Program-made: the position numbers and the translations under genes
Assembly: GCF_014930455.1 (NCBI RefSeq)
Contig: NZ_JAAIYO010000008.1
Coordinates: forward strand, 96,367-160,366
Length of the DNA stretch: 64,000 nt
Direction: 5' to 3'
Source: Corallococcus soli
GTDB lineage: Bacteria; Myxococcota; Myxococcia; Myxococcales; Myxococcaceae
Shown: one piece after another, positions 28,746 through 39,388 of the stretch
How positions within the stretch are numbered: the stretch's first letter is position 1
How the letters are laid out: the number at the start of each line of letters is the position of its first letter
The notes under the pieces: generated by a model
The model's database searches: none
What the model was told of the DNA's origin: nothing
The model's input: the letters and a program-made list of their open reading frames with translations, nothing else

Positions 28746-29807
28746 TCAGCTCCTCCGCCCGCGCGCTTCCACGCGCCGCACCAGCTCCGCGGCCATCCCG
28801 TCCAGGGACGTCACGCCATCCGCCAGCCCCGCCTGCTCCACCGCGCCCGGCATCCCGCCGATGACACAGCTGGCCTGGTCCTGCACCACCACCTGACCGC
28901 CCGCCTCATCCACCCGCCGGCAGCCGCGCAGCCCGTCCTGCCCCATGCCGGTGAGCACCACCGCGAGCACGCCCGCGCCATACACGTCCACCGCCGAGCG
29001 GAAGAGCACGTCCACCGCCGGCCGGCAGGCGTTCTCCGGCGGCGCCTGATGGGTGAGCAGCCGCACGCCGGTGGCATCCCCGGTGAGCGACAGGTGGAAG
29101 TCCCCGGGCGCGACCCACACCGAGCCGGGCCGCACCTGCTCCCCCGACACGGCCTCGCGCACGCGCAGCTTGCTCGCGCCCTCCAGCCGCTCCGCGAGCA
29201 GCCGGGTGAAGAGGGGCGGCATGTGCTGCACGATGAGCACCGGCACGGACAGGTCCGCAGGCAGCGCGGACACCACGCGCACCAGCGCGCCCGGGCCTCC
29301 GGTGGACGCGCCCATGACGATGATCTCCACCCGCGCGGACCCCTGGGGCCTGGGCGGATGCACCCGGGGCGCCAGCGCCGGGCCCGCCACGGGGGGCGCG
29401 CGCACGTTGAGGGCCTTGAGCTTGCGCACCAGCTCGTCGCGCACCGCCTCCACGGTGACGTTCAGCCCGCCAGAGGACGTGGGCTTCGTCACGTAGTCGC
29501 GCGCCCCCAGCGACAGCGCCTCCAGCGTCAGCACGCCCGCGCGTTCGGTGAGCGCGCTGAACATCACCACCGCCAGCTCCGGCGAGCGCTGCCGCAAGAG
29601 CTTCAGCGTCTCAAGGCCATCCAGCTCCGGCATCTCCAGGTCCAGCAGCACCACGTCCGGCTGGAACTGCTCCACCTTCGCCAGCGCGATGCGGCCATTG
29701 GCGGCGGTGGCGACGACCTCCAGGCCGGGGTCGCTGCCTAGCAGCAGGGACACCTGGCGCCGGACCACGGCCGCGTCGTCCACCACCAGGACCCGGATGG
29801 CGCTCAT
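28746..29807 (-). CDS. cheB: Protein-glutamate methylesterase CheB (receiver + CheB methylesterase)
   Basis: Start MSAIRVLVVDD (Met63 of the ORF). Receiver Asp followed by the methylesterase GASTGGP motif. Confidence 0.85.
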   Translation of the reverse strand: MSAIRVLVVDDAAVVRRQVSLLLGSDPGLEVVATAANGRIALAKVEQFQPDVVLLDLEMPELDGLETLKLLRQRSPELAVVMFSALTERAGVLTLEALSLGARDYVTKPTSSGGLNVTVEAVRDELVRKLKALNVRAPPVAGPALAPRVHPPRPQGSARVEIIVMGASTGGPGALVRVVSALPADLSVPVLIVQHMPPLFTRLLAERLEGASKLRVREAVSGEQVRPGSVWVAPGDFHLSLTGDATGVRLLTHQAPPENACRPAVDVLFRSAVDVYGAGVLAVVLTGMGQDGLRGCRRVDEAGGQVVVQDQASCVIGGMPGAVEQAGLADGVTSLDGMAAELVRRVEARGRRS

Positions 29808-29818
29808 GAGGGGGCGCC

Positions 29819-30157
29819 TCACCGGGCCGCGTGCGCGACCGGGCAGCGGCCCGTCGGGACGCTGGGGGACGTGTCCGCGCCGTACACCTCGTGCCGGGGT
29901 CGGCCCGCCAGGATGGCGCTGGCGCCCCAGTCCGTCACCCGGTGGAAGGCCTCGGACGCGATGAAGGCGTCGAAGCCCTCGCGGCTGTGCCACTCGGAGA
30001 CGATGAGGTAGCGCCCGGGCGCCCCCACGCTCCGGAACAGCTCCGTTCGCGCATGCGCGGGCAGGGCGCGCATCGCCTCCAGCACGAGCGCGAACTTCCG
30101 CTCGAAGGCGTCCGCCTTGCCCTCACGCACTTCGTAGTTCATGCCAATGGTGACCAT
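29819..30157 (-). CDS. Antibiotic-biosynthesis-monooxygenase (ABM) domain protein
   Basis: 112 aa from MVTIGMNYEVREGKADAFERKF... ABM/Dabb fold signature. Confidence 0.6.
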   Translation of the reverse strand: MVTIGMNYEVREGKADAFERKFALVLEAMRALPAHARTELFRSVGAPGRYLIVSEWHSREGFDAFIASEAFHRVTDWGASAILAGRPRHEVYGADTSPSVPTGRCPVAHAAR

Positions 30158-30179
30158 CCGCCGCCTCCTTGGTTCCGGT

Positions 30180-31709
30180 TCATTCCAGCCACACCCGGAC
30201 GTGGCGCTCGCCCTCGTCCAGGTGGAACAGCTCCGACGGCCGCAGCCCCGCCGCCACCGCTGACGCGGCGATGGCCGCTGGATTGAGGCCACGCGCCGCC
30301 AGCCGGGGCCCCAGGTCCTCCGGCAACAGCTCCTCCAGGTGCGCCGTCACCTCCGCGCGGAAGGTCAGCGCCACCCGCGTGTGCGCCCCCTCCATCACCC
30401 GCACGCGCAGGTAGCGCGCGGTGCCTGCCGCGTGCGCCTCCGGTGGCAGGGGCGGCGGTGGCAGCGACGGGGAGCGCGCCTCGTCCAGCAGCGGTCCCCA
30501 CGCGATGGGGGCCTCCAGCACGTCCAGGTGGCGCACCAGCCCGTGGAAGGCTCGCAGGACGAAGAGCAGCGACGCGGGGCCCGCGGCCCGGAAGTTCCAG
30601 CGGTGGGGGCCCAGCGCCTCGGTGAGCCGCTCCCCCAGGCGCCATCGCGCGACGTGGAACGGGCCCTCCTGGAGGAAGGGCTCCAGGAGCACGCGGCTGA
30701 CGGCGGGAAGCACCTCCGCCATGGGCTCCAGCAGCTCCGGCGTGAAGCCCAGCGTGACCCACGCGGCCAGGAGCATGCGCGGATCCGGTTCGGACCCGGG
30801 TGCCCGCAGCAGTGAGAGCAGCCGCCCCAGGCCCGTCGTCAGCTCGGCGGGCAGGGCCTTCACGCAGCCGAAGTCGAGCACCCCCAGCCGCGGCCCTCCC
30901 TCCGGCCCCCGGGATACGCGGTAGTTGCCGGGGTGTGGATCCGCGTGCAGCGCGCCCCAGGTGAAGAGGCCGTGGAGGAACAGCCGCACCAGCGTGGTGG
31001 ACAGCGCGCGCCGGTCCGCTTCGCTCCAGCGCCGGGCCTCGGAGAGGGGCTCGCCGTCCACCCAGGACATCACCAGCAGGTCCTCGCGGATCAACGCGTC
31101 CACGGGCACGGGCACCACCACCCCCGGCACGTCCGCCATGCGCGCGCCCGCTTCGCGCAGCAGCCGGGCCTCGTGGTGGTAGTCCAGCTCCTGCTGGAGC
31201 ATTTGCGCCAGCTCGTGCCGGTAGGCGGACAGGTCCAGCTTCCCGCGCCAGCCGCCCAGGGGCGCCGCCAGCCAGCCCAGGGCGCGCAGGTCGGAGCGCA
31301 CGGCGTCCGCGATGCCCGGGTGCCGCAGCTTCACCGCCACCGCGCGCCCGTCCTGCAACACGCCCCGGTGCACCTGGCCCAGCGACGCGGCGATGCCCCC
31401 GCCATCCAGCGACGTGAACACCTGTCGCCACGGCCGCCCCAACCGGCGGGAGAGCTCCGCCAGCGCGGCCTCCGGCGCGAGCGGGGAGGGGGCCTCCGCG
31501 AGCGAGCCGAACCCCGGCGTCTGGGAGCCCAGCTCCGCGAGCGTGAGCACCTGCCCCACCTTCTGGGGCAGCCCGCGCAGCCCGAGGAGCCGCTCGGCCA
31601 GCTCCCGCCGTGCGTCCTCCGCCTCCTGGGGCCTGGCGCCACGGCGCAGCCGCGTGGAGGCCCGCGCGACCTGTCCCAATTCCCACCAACGTCTCAGTCC
31701 GGTCCTCAC
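30180..31709 (-). CDS. ABC1/UbiB-family atypical protein kinase
   Basis: GQVLTLAELGS..., AVKLRHPG and VLDFGCV motifs. Start uncertain; a GTG at 31709 is 31 bp after the MCP stop. Confidence 0.7.
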   Translation of the reverse strand: MRTGLRRWWELGQVARASTRLRRGARPQEAEDARRELAERLLGLRGLPQKVGQVLTLAELGSQTPGFGSLAEAPSPLAPEAALAELSRRLGRPWRQVFTSLDGGGIAASLGQVHRGVLQDGRAVAVKLRHPGIADAVRSDLRALGWLAAPLGGWRGKLDLSAYRHELAQMLQQELDYHHEARLLREAGARMADVPGVVVPVPVDALIREDLLVMSWVDGEPLSEARRWSEADRRALSTTLVRLFLHGLFTWGALHADPHPGNYRVSRGPEGGPRLGVLDFGCVKALPAELTTGLGRLLSLLRAPGSEPDPRMLLAAWVTLGFTPELLEPMAEVLPAVSRVLLEPFLQEGPFHVARWRLGERLTEALGPHRWNFRAAGPASLLFVLRAFHGLVRHLDVLEAPIAWGPLLDEARSPSLPPPPLPPEAHAAGTARYLRVRVMEGAHTRVALTFRAEVTAHLEELLPEDLGPRLAARGLNPAAIAASAVAAGLRPSELFHLDEGERHVRVWLE

Positions 31710-31740
31710 GCGCCTGGGTCTCCTCCGTCCGCGCGGTGCG

Positions 31741-33789
31741 CTACTTCGACCGCTGGGTCTTGTCGGTGGTGTCCACCTGCACGACCAGCCGTTGCAGCGA
31801 CTGTGCCATGTGGGCCAGCTCCACGGCGGAGCGCTGCGTGCTGCCCGCGCCCTCGGTGGTGCTGCGCGCGGCCTCCGCGACGGCGGCCATGTTCTCGGAG
31901 ATCTGCTGGCTGCCCTTGGCCGCCTCGCCCACGTTGCGGAGGATCTCCCCCGCCGTGGCCGTCTGCTCCTCCACCGACGATGCGATGGACGTCTGCAATT
32001 CATTGATGCGCCCGATGGTGGCGCCAATCTCCAGGATGGCATTGACCACCTCCTCGGTGTCGTCCTGGATGGCGCCAATCTTCTGCCCGATGTCCTCCGT
32101 CGCCCGGGCCGTCTCGCGCGCCAGCTCCTTCACCTCGTTGGCCACCACCGCGAAGCCCCGGCCGGCCTCGCCCGCGCGGGCCGCCTCGATGGTCGCGTTG
32201 AGCGCCAGGAGGTTCGTCTGCTGCGCGATGGAGGTGATGACCTTGATGACCTTGCCAATCTCCAGGCTGCTGGTGCCCAGCTTGCCGACGATGACGGAGG
32301 TCTTGTCCGCCAGCTCCACGGCGGACGACGCCACCTTGGCGGCGCTGCTCGCGTTGCGCGCCACCTCGCGGATGTTCGCGTTGACCTCCTCCATGCCGGA
32401 CGCGACGCTCTGCACGTTGCGGCTCACCTGCTCGGCGCCCGCGGACACCTGGGTGGCCTGCGCCGCGGTCTCCTGCGCGTTGCTCACCATCTGCTGGCTG
32501 ACGCTGGACAGCTCCTGCGAGGACGCCGCGAGCGTCTTCGAGTGCTGCGTCACCTCCTGGAAGACGCCGCGCAGGGTGGTGTCCAGGTCCTGCTCGCGCT
32601 GCTGCACGGCCAGCTTCTCCGTGATGAGCTCCCACGTCACCATGGGCCCCAGGTAGCGGCCCTGGCCGTCGTACACAGCCGTCACCAGCAGGTCCGCGAT
32701 CTCCGGCCCGATGGGGATGTTCGCGCGCACCGGGAGGTTCTTGTCGTTGGCCAGGATCTTCCGCTGGTACGCCACGTCCTTGTGGAAGATGTCGATGGTG
32801 GCGCCGAGCACCCGGTCCGCGGTGACGGGCAGGTGCTTCTCCACCCGCTGCAACAGGCGGCGCGAGGCCGGGTTCAGGTAGACGATCTTCAGGTCCTTGT
32901 CGGCCACCATCACGCAGGTGGGGGCGTTCTCCAGCATGGCCCTCAGGCGCGCCATCTCCGTGTCCGCGCGCAGCCGCTCCGTGATGTCCTCCCACGTCAC
33001 CACGTAGCCGGTGAGGTCCCCGCCCTTGCCGGAGAGGCCGTCCACGCGCGCCTTGAGCATGGCGTCGCCCACGGGGAAGATGGCCTCGTGCGGCAGCGCC
33101 GAAGGCGTGCTCAGCCGCGACTCCTCGCGACGCAGCTGCTGCTCGAAGCGGGACAGGAAGTCGCCTCCCGCCTCCTCCACGCTGCTGGCATGCAGCGACG
33201 CCGTCTGTTCAATGCGCTCAATGGCTTCGGTGGAGGCGGCGTTCGCGAAGACGATCTCCAGGTCCGCGTCCAGCACGAGCACGTTGACCCGCGCCGCGTC
33301 GAGCAGGGCTTCGCTCCCCGCGCCGGACAGGGGCGACGCCGCGCGACGGCGGGCGGGCTTCGCCACGGCGGCGCGGCGGCCCTTCACGGGCGCGCGCTTC
33401 AGGGCGGGCCTGCGCGCGCGGTCCTCCTCCTGCGTCCCCACCGCGGCCAGCACCTCGCGGGCGACGGGGCCGGACACGTCCAGCTCATCCAGCACGGAGG
33501 CCAGGTGCTCGGCGACGCGCTCGAAGTGGTGAGGCCGCAGGTCCAGCTCCGCGTGCAGTTCGCGCATCGGCGGGCCGCGATAGACGCCCGGTCCACCCAG
33601 GTGCTGGGTGAGCAAGGCGATCATCTGGCGTTGCAGGGCGACCAGGTCCGCGCGGCGGAAGAGCGGCTTGAGCTGGGCGTCCGTTATCACCCGGGCGTAG
33701 AGCTTCTGGACGGTGGCCGTGAGGGCGGCCTTGCCCCCCAGGCGTTGGAAGAGCGTGGTCTTCACGGCGGGCGCGGCGGTGCGGGCCAT
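31741..33789 (-). CDS. Soluble methyl-accepting chemotaxis protein with N-terminal truncated-haemoglobin (2/2 Hb) domain and PAS domains (globin-coupled sensor type)
   Basis: N-terminal [31 protein letters not shown] trHb signature. Two PAS-like regions. C-terminal MCP signalling domain with the highly conserved ...[29 protein letters not shown]. No TM helices. Confidence 0.85.
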   Translation of the reverse strand: MARTAAPAVKTTLFQRLGGKAALTATVQKLYARVITDAQLKPLFRRADLVALQRQMIALLTQHLGGPGVYRGPPMRELHAELDLRPHHFERVAEHLASVLDELDVSGPVAREVLAAVGTQEEDRARRPALKRAPVKGRRAAVAKPARRRAASPLSGAGSEALLDAARVNVLVLDADLEIVFANAASTEAIERIEQTASLHASSVEEAGGDFLSRFEQQLRREESRLSTPSALPHEAIFPVGDAMLKARVDGLSGKGGDLTGYVVTWEDITERLRADTEMARLRAMLENAPTCVMVADKDLKIVYLNPASRRLLQRVEKHLPVTADRVLGATIDIFHKDVAYQRKILANDKNLPVRANIPIGPEIADLLVTAVYDGQGRYLGPMVTWELITEKLAVQQREQDLDTTLRGVFQEVTQHSKTLAASSQELSSVSQQMVSNAQETAAQATQVSAGAEQVSRNVQSVASGMEEVNANIREVARNASSAAKVASSAVELADKTSVIVGKLGTSSLEIGKVIKVITSIAQQTNLLALNATIEAARAGEAGRGFAVVANEVKELARETARATEDIGQKIGAIQDDTEEVVNAILEIGATIGRINELQTSIASSVEEQTATAGEILRNVGEAAKGSQQISENMAAVAEAARSTTEGAGSTQRSAVELAHMAQSLQRLVVQVDTTDKTQRSK

Positions 33790-34280
33790 CAGCGGGACTC
33801 CTGGGGAAGCGCAAGGATGGAAGGGGAGGGGGAAGGGGTAGCGGCGGCGGGCGCGAGTCCGTCCACCACCGCGTCCGCGGACAACACCAGCAGCAGGCGA
33901 TCCGGCAGCGCGTGGACGCCCAGCAGCATCGTGCGCAGCGCGCCGCGCAGGTTGTCCGGCAGCGGGGCGAGCGCCGCGTCCTCCAGGGGGAGGATGTCGC
34001 CAATGGCATCCACGCGCAGGCTCACCGCGCCGTCATCGCCACGCAGGACGACGTGGGGCGCATCCGAGGGGGCCGCGCCCGCGGGCAACTCCAGACGGCG
34101 GCGCAGGTCGATGGCGGGGACGATCTGCCCGCGCAGGTTGAGCAGCCCCGCGACCTCCGGCGGCGCCCCGGGGACGCGCGTGAGCGGGGGCGGCAGGAGG
34201 ATCTCCTGCACCCGCTCGATGTCCAGGCCGAACAGGTGTTCGCCCACGAGGAAGGTGCACAGCTGACGCAGGATGATCAC
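33789..34280 (-). CDS. cheW: CheW coupling protein
   Basis: 163 aa from a GTG overlapping the cheA stop (GTGA). CheW-like domain. Confidence 0.8.
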   Translation of the reverse strand: MIILRQLCTFLVGEHLFGLDIERVQEILLPPPLTRVPGAPPEVAGLLNLRGQIVPAIDLRRRLELPAGAAPSDAPHVVLRGDDGAVSLRVDAIGDILPLEDAALAPLPDNLRGALRTMLLGVHALPDRLLLVLSADAVVDGLAPAAATPSPSPSILALPQESR

Positions 34281-36415
34281 GGCGCACCGCCCGCGAGCAG
34301 CTCCGGGTGGATGGCGCGCACGGCGCCCTCCACGTCCAGGAACTCGGTGGCCCGGTCCAGCACCACCATGGAGCCCAGCACGCCCGCGCGGCGCGTCTCG
34401 CGCTGGAGCGCCACCTCCACCTCCGCGACGTCCAGGATGGCGTCCACCACCAGCCCCACCCGCGTGTCCGCGTGCGTGGTGACGACGACGGACAGCGAGG
34501 TCTCCGCCGTGTGGCGCAGCCCCTGGGAGAGCCGGGCGGTCGCGCTGGCGCCTCCCTCCAGCACGGAGGCCACGCGCACCAGGGGCAGCAATTGGCCGTG
34601 GTAGCGCGCCAGCTCCATGCCTCCGCTCAGGTGCTCCACCTCCGTGAGGGGCAGCTCCTCCAGCCGGGCCACGCGCGACAGGGGGATGGCCACGCGGCCT
34701 TCCGCGCCGGTGCGGCACAGCAGCACCCGCTCGCGCGAGTCCTCCGGCGCCGGGGCCACCGGGGGCGCGGCCTCTGGGACGACCTGGGTGGGGGCCTCGC
34801 TGACGGCGCCCACGCGGCGGCCCAGGCCCATCGCATCCAGGATGAGCGCCACGCGCCCGTCGCCCAGCACCGTCGCGCCCGCGTAGCAGGACAGCCCCTT
34901 GAGGTGCTTCCACAGCGGCTTGACGACGATCTCCTCGGTGTCGTGGATGGCGTCCACCCACAGCCCGAAGGTGCGCTCCCCGGCCTGAAGCACGACGAGG
35001 GTAGCCCCTGCGTCCAGGTCCGGCGCGGCGGGCCCTACGCCCAGCTCCGAGGCGAGCACCACCAGGGGCAGCAGCTCCCCGCGGAGGCGCAGCACGGAGG
35101 CGTCCTGGAGGCGGGTGATGTCGCGCCGGGCCTGCGCGGGCTCCAGCCACACCACCTCACGCAGGCTCGCCTGGGGCAGGGCGTAGCGGTCCCCCCGGCA
35201 GGTGACGAGGAGCGCGGGGATGATGGCCAGCGTGAGGGGAATCTTGAGCGTGAACGTCGTGCCCTGGCCCTGGCGGCTGTGCACCTCCACGGTGCCGCCA
35301 ATGCGCTCCACCTGCGTGCGCACCACGTCCATGCCCACGCCCCGTCCGGACAGCGACGTGACGCGCTCGGCGGTGCTGAAGCCCGGCATGAAGATGAGCA
35401 TCAGCGCGTCCGCGTCCGACAGCCGCGCGGCCTGGTCGGACGTCAACAGGCCCCGCTGCACGGCGACCTGCCGCACGCGCTGCACGTCGATGCCCGCGCC
35501 GTCGTCGGACATCCCCAGGTGCACGAGCCCGCCCTCGTGCGACGCGCTCAGCGTCACGCACCCCACGGGCGGCTTGCCGCGCTGGCGGCGCTGCTCGGGC
35601 GTCTCCACGCCGTGGTCCACGGCGTTGCGCAGCAGGTGGGTGAGCGGATCATGCAGCGCCTCCACCAGCGTCTTGTCCAGCTCCGTGTCCGCGCCCTGGA
35701 GCTGCAGCCGCACCTGCTTGCCGCACCCGTGCGCCAGCTCCCGCACCAGCCGGGGGAAGCGGTTCCACACCTGGCCCACCGGCTGGAGCCGCGTCTTCAT
35801 CACCACCTGCTGCACCTGCGTGGTGACGACGTCCAGGCGCTGCGACGCGGTGGCCAGGTCCGCGCCCGGCGTGGGGCCCGTCGCGCACTGGAGGATGCGG
35901 TTGCGCGCCAGCACCAGCTCGCCCATCAGGTTCATCAGCCGGTCCAGCAGCGCCACGTCCACGCGCAGCTTGGAGTCCACCCCGGTGGCGGAGCCGCGCC
36001 AGGGCAGGACGCCCGGGATGGGCGGCGCCTCCGGGGCCTCCAGCGGAACGGACGCCGCCGCCGCGCCCGCCAGCCGGGCGAGCAGCGCGGAGTGGTCCAC
36101 CGCGGGCTCCATGCCCGTCGCCTCGATGTGCTCCAACGCCCCGCGCGCCGCGTCCGCCAGGGCCAGCAGGGTGGACACGCGCTCGCGGTCCAGCGCGAAG
36201 CGCTTGTCCCGCGCGAGCCCCAGCAGCTCCTCCGCGGAGTGCATCAGCCCCTCCAGGCGGGTGAAGCCCAGGAAGCCGCAGGTGCCCTTCACGGTGTGCA
36301 GGCTGCGGAACAACTGCGCCAGCAGGGCCTGCGAGCCCGGCTGCGCCTCCAGCTCCAACACCGTCGCCTCGATGGACTGCACGTGCTCGCGGGACTCGAG
36401 CAGGAACTCCCGCAT
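34277..36415 (-). CDS. cheA: Chemotaxis histidine kinase CheA
   Basis: Hpt, dimerisation, HATPase and CheW-like domains. Start MREFLLESREHV. Confidence 0.9.
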   Translation of the reverse strand: MREFLLESREHVQSIEATVLELEAQPGSQALLAQLFRSLHTVKGTCGFLGFTRLEGLMHSAEELLGLARDKRFALDRERVSTLLALADAARGALEHIEATGMEPAVDHSALLARLAGAAAASVPLEAPEAPPIPGVLPWRGSATGVDSKLRVDVALLDRLMNLMGELVLARNRILQCATGPTPGADLATASQRLDVVTTQVQQVVMKTRLQPVGQVWNRFPRLVRELAHGCGKQVRLQLQGADTELDKTLVEALHDPLTHLLRNAVDHGVETPEQRRQRGKPPVGCVTLSASHEGGLVHLGMSDDGAGIDVQRVRQVAVQRGLLTSDQAARLSDADALMLIFMPGFSTAERVTSLSGRGVGMDVVRTQVERIGGTVEVHSRQGQGTTFTLKIPLTLAIIPALLVTCRGDRYALPQASLREVVWLEPAQARRDITRLQDASVLRLRGELLPLVVLASELGVGPAAPDLDAGATLVVLQAGERTFGLWVDAIHDTEEIVVKPLWKHLKGLSCYAGATVLGDGRVALILDAMGLGRRVGAVSEAPTQVVPEAAPPVAPAPEDSRERVLLCRTGAEGRVAIPLSRVARLEELPLTEVEHLSGGMELARYHGQLLPLVRVASVLEGGASATARLSQGLRHTAETSLSVVVTTHADTRVGLVVDAILDVAEVEVALQRETRRAGVLGSMVVLDRATEFLDVEGAVRAIHPELLAGGAP

Positions 36416-36617
36416 CACGTCGTCCCAACCCGGAGTGTCACCCACGGACGGGGCCCCCTTCCGCGAAGGCGCGCACCCCTGGCGTTTCAATGGATGGGTT
36501 CTGCCTGGCGCTGCCCATGGGCAACGGCCCCCCCGACTCGCAGGACTCCAGAGTCGAACCACCAGCATGTCGCAATGTCAGGAAGCTGGAAGCTGTCCCA
36601 CGGGGAAGGTGCCCTGG

Positions 36618-37550
36618 TCAGAAGAACAGGCGAAGCAGGTCAAACCGTGTTTCCGCGCCCAGCTTCCGCAAGAGATTGGCCTGATGGAATTTTACGGTGC
36701 GCTCGGTAATGCCAAGCACGGTCGAGATGTCGGTGGGTGAGCGGCCGAGCGCGAGGTAACGCAAGACATCGCCTTCGCGCTCCGACAGTCGCGCGGCGCG
36801 CGCCAGCCTGCGCACCTTCGCCTCGAAGAGGCCGGTGAGGGTGGTGTCCCCAATCGTGTGCACGCTGACGCGCGCGGTGCCGACACCCGTGGGGGTGGCG
36901 GTGACGACCTCGAAGCCCTCGCTGGCGGCGGAGGCCTGGCGGACGATGGTGTGGGGCCAGGACATGGGGGCCACCGCCGTCAACGGGCAGTCCTGGCAGG
37001 GGGCGTCGCGGTGGGCGAAGGCGCCGAAGCACGGGCGCCCCACCATGTCCTCGTGCTCCATCTGGCCGGCGCGCCAGACGGACTTGAGCGTCCCGAAGGT
37101 CTCCAGCTCGGTGGAGATTTCATAGCTCAGGTCCTGGCCCTGGCCGGGCTCCGCATGGGCGTGGGCCTGTCGAGGCATGGGGATGGGCAGGGGTATGGGA
37201 AGCAGGGGCCCGGAGCGGGTGATGATGGCCACCAGCCGCAGCGGCGGCCGTCCCACGGCCGCGACATCCAGCTCCACCGCCAGGCGCTCTCCCACGCGCG
37301 TGAGCACCTCGGTCTCCAACCGGTGTTCGGCGCTGGTGAAGACCGCGCGCAGCGCCTGGCCCACCTCCCGGCCCTGCTCCCGGGGCGTGCACACCTCCGT
37401 CCATCGCCGGCCCAGCAGCTCCTCGCGGGGACGCCCCAGCAGCGATGTGAGCGCTCCATTGGCCAGCTCGATGCGCCCCCGCCTGTCCATCACGGCAATG
37501 GGACGCACATCGCGTTCCGCGAGCAGGGATGCCGTCAGAGACCAATCCAT
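36618..37550 (-). CDS. LuxR-family transcriptional regulator with N-terminal PAS domain
   Basis: C-terminal HTH LSEREGDVLRYLALGRSPTDISTVLGITERTVKFH. Confidence 0.75.
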   Translation of the reverse strand: MDWSLTASLLAERDVRPIAVMDRRGRIELANGALTSLLGRPREELLGRRWTEVCTPREQGREVGQALRAVFTSAEHRLETEVLTRVGERLAVELDVAAVGRPPLRLVAIITRSGPLLPIPLPIPMPRQAHAHAEPGQGQDLSYEISTELETFGTLKSVWRAGQMEHEDMVGRPCFGAFAHRDAPCQDCPLTAVAPMSWPHTIVRQASAASEGFEVVTATPTGVGTARVSVHTIGDTTLTGLFEAKVRRLARAARLSEREGDVLRYLALGRSPTDISTVLGITERTVKFHQANLLRKLGAETRFDLLRLFF

Positions 37551-37985
37551 GGACACCCCCCGCCCGTTGCAGCCCTCATCCACTTTTCCAGTGGAATGAA
37601 TGGATTCAACGGTTTCATGAGCTTACCGCGAAACGACAGGCTTCGCAGGAGGGGGGAGGTCGTGAGGAGGGCACCCGACCTCAGGGAGCGGGCCGGGCCG
37701 GGCGCCCGGCGTCTCTTCAATCCCAGACACCCGCGAGTCTGGAAGCCTCTCGCGCCGGGGCAGGGGTCCTGGGACGTCTGATTTGAGCGATGCCCGCGCT
37801 GCGGCGGCGGAGGAGGGGCCGCGCAGGGGGGACTTCCGCTGTCCAACGCTTCGTGGCTGGCTGGCCGGTGGGCGTGCCGGAAACCTGGAACGTCACCTGG
37901 ATTCGAGGCAACCTCCTGCATTGTGTGGGCTTCGGGATTACTCCCTGGGCCTCACCTGGACCTCCGTAGGAAGGGAGCTGACTGC

Positions 37986-39044
37986 ATGAGCGCCTCGCGA
38001 CGACCCGCCCAGTTCGACCTCTTCACCGGCGCGCTGGAGGAAGCCCCGGTGTCGTCCCGGCGCCGCACCCAGCCCCTGGGCCCGGCCCCGGTGCCTGACG
38101 ATCTGCGGGTGCTGGGCGAGCAGCTTCCCCAGGGCGTCTACCTGGGCACCTCGTCGTGGACGTTCCCGGGGTGGACGGGCCTCGTCTACGACCACGAGGC
38201 CAGCACCACCCAGCTCGCGAAGGAGGGCCTGGGGGCCTACGCGCACCACCCGGTGCTGCGCACGGTGGGCATCGACCGGACGTTCTACGCGCCCGTGCCC
38301 GCCACCGCCTTCGCCGACTATGCCCAGCAGGTCCCGGACGGCTTCCGCTTCCTCGTGAAGGCCCACGAGGCCTGCACGCTGGCGCGCTTCCCGGTGCACG
38401 AGCGCTACGGCGCGCACCGGGGGCAGGTGAACGACCGTTTCCTCCAGGCCGCCTACGCGGTGGACCACGTGGTGGGGCCGTTCATGGAGGGCCTGGGGGA
38501 CAAGGCGGGCCCGCTCGTCTTCCAGTTCCCACCGCAGGATCCGGCCTCGCTCGGAGGCCCCGCGCGCTTCGTGGAGCGGCTGTACGCGTTCTTCTCCGCG
38601 CTGCCTCGGGGGCCCTTGTACGCCGTGGAGGTCCGCAACGAGGAGCTGCTGACGGAGGGCTTCGCCCAGGCGCTCGCGGACACCGGCGTCAGTCCCGTGC
38701 TCGCGGTCTGGGCCCACATGCCGCCCGTCGCGCGGCAGGCGAAGCTCACCCGGGCCTTCGAGTCCCGCGCCGTCGTCGTGCGGTGGATGCTGCCGCCCAA
38801 CCTGGGCTACGAGGAGGCGCGCGCCCGCTACGCCCCGTTCAACAGGCTGGTGGACGAAGACGTGGGCACCCGCGACGTGCTGGCGCGCGTGTGCATGGCG
38901 GCGGTGCGGCGCGAGCGGCCCGTCTTCGTGACCATCAACAACAAGGCGGAAGGGAGCGCTCCCCTGTCCGCCATCCGGCTCGCGCAACGCGTCGTGTCAC
39001 ACAAGGAGGAGGGCGGCCAGCGCAGCGTGGCCCACGCGACATGA
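37986..39044 (+). CDS. DUF72 (YecE-like) family protein
   Basis: YLGTSSWTFPGW hallmark of DUF72. Confidence 0.8.
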   Translation: MSASRRPAQFDLFTGALEEAPVSSRRRTQPLGPAPVPDDLRVLGEQLPQGVYLGTSSWTFPGWTGLVYDHEASTTQLAKEGLGAYAHHPVLRTVGIDRTFYAPVPATAFADYAQQVPDGFRFLVKAHEACTLARFPVHERYGAHRGQVNDRFLQAAYAVDHVVGPFMEGLGDKAGPLVFQFPPQDPASLGGPARFVERLYAFFSALPRGPLYAVEVRNEELLTEGFAQALADTGVSPVLAVWAHMPPVARQAKLTRAFESRAVVVRWMLPPNLGYEEARARYAPFNRLVDEDVGTRDVLARVCMAAVRRERPVFVTINNKAEGSAPLSAIRLAQRVVSHKEEGGQRSVAHAT

Positions 39045-39082
39045 CTTGCGCGCGAGCACGCCGCTTGCTTACGTGAAAGCCC

Positions 39083-39388
39083 ATGAAGGCGATGACCCTG
39101 GCTGCCCTGCTGATGCAGATGACCACCGCTGGCGGTGCTGGCGCGGAAGGCAAGCGGGCAGGCAAGCACCCGGAAGACGCGGGCACCGAGCAGCAGGGCG
39201 CCGTGTCGACGGAGATCTCCTCGCTGAAGGGGGAGCTCACCAGCCTCAAGGAAGAGTTCCGGCTCGCGCGCGAGCGTCAGCGGCTGGCGGCGGAAGAGAA
39301 GAAGCGTCAGGAGGAGGCCCGCTACGGTGACCCGGCGAAAACCACCCCTGCACCTGCCACCGGAGGGGCCGGAGCCCCCGCCCGATGA
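39083..39388 (+). CDS. Small coiled-coil protein (possibly the N-terminal part of the downstream Smr protein if a frameshift is present)
   Basis: 101-aa ORF. Its last 62 nt overlap the next ORF in another frame. Confidence 0.3.
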   Translation: MKAMTLAALLMQMTTAGGAGAEGKRAGKHPEDAGTEQQGAVSTEISSLKGELTSLKEEFRLARERQRLAAEEKKRQEEARYGDPAKTTPAPATGGAGAPAR

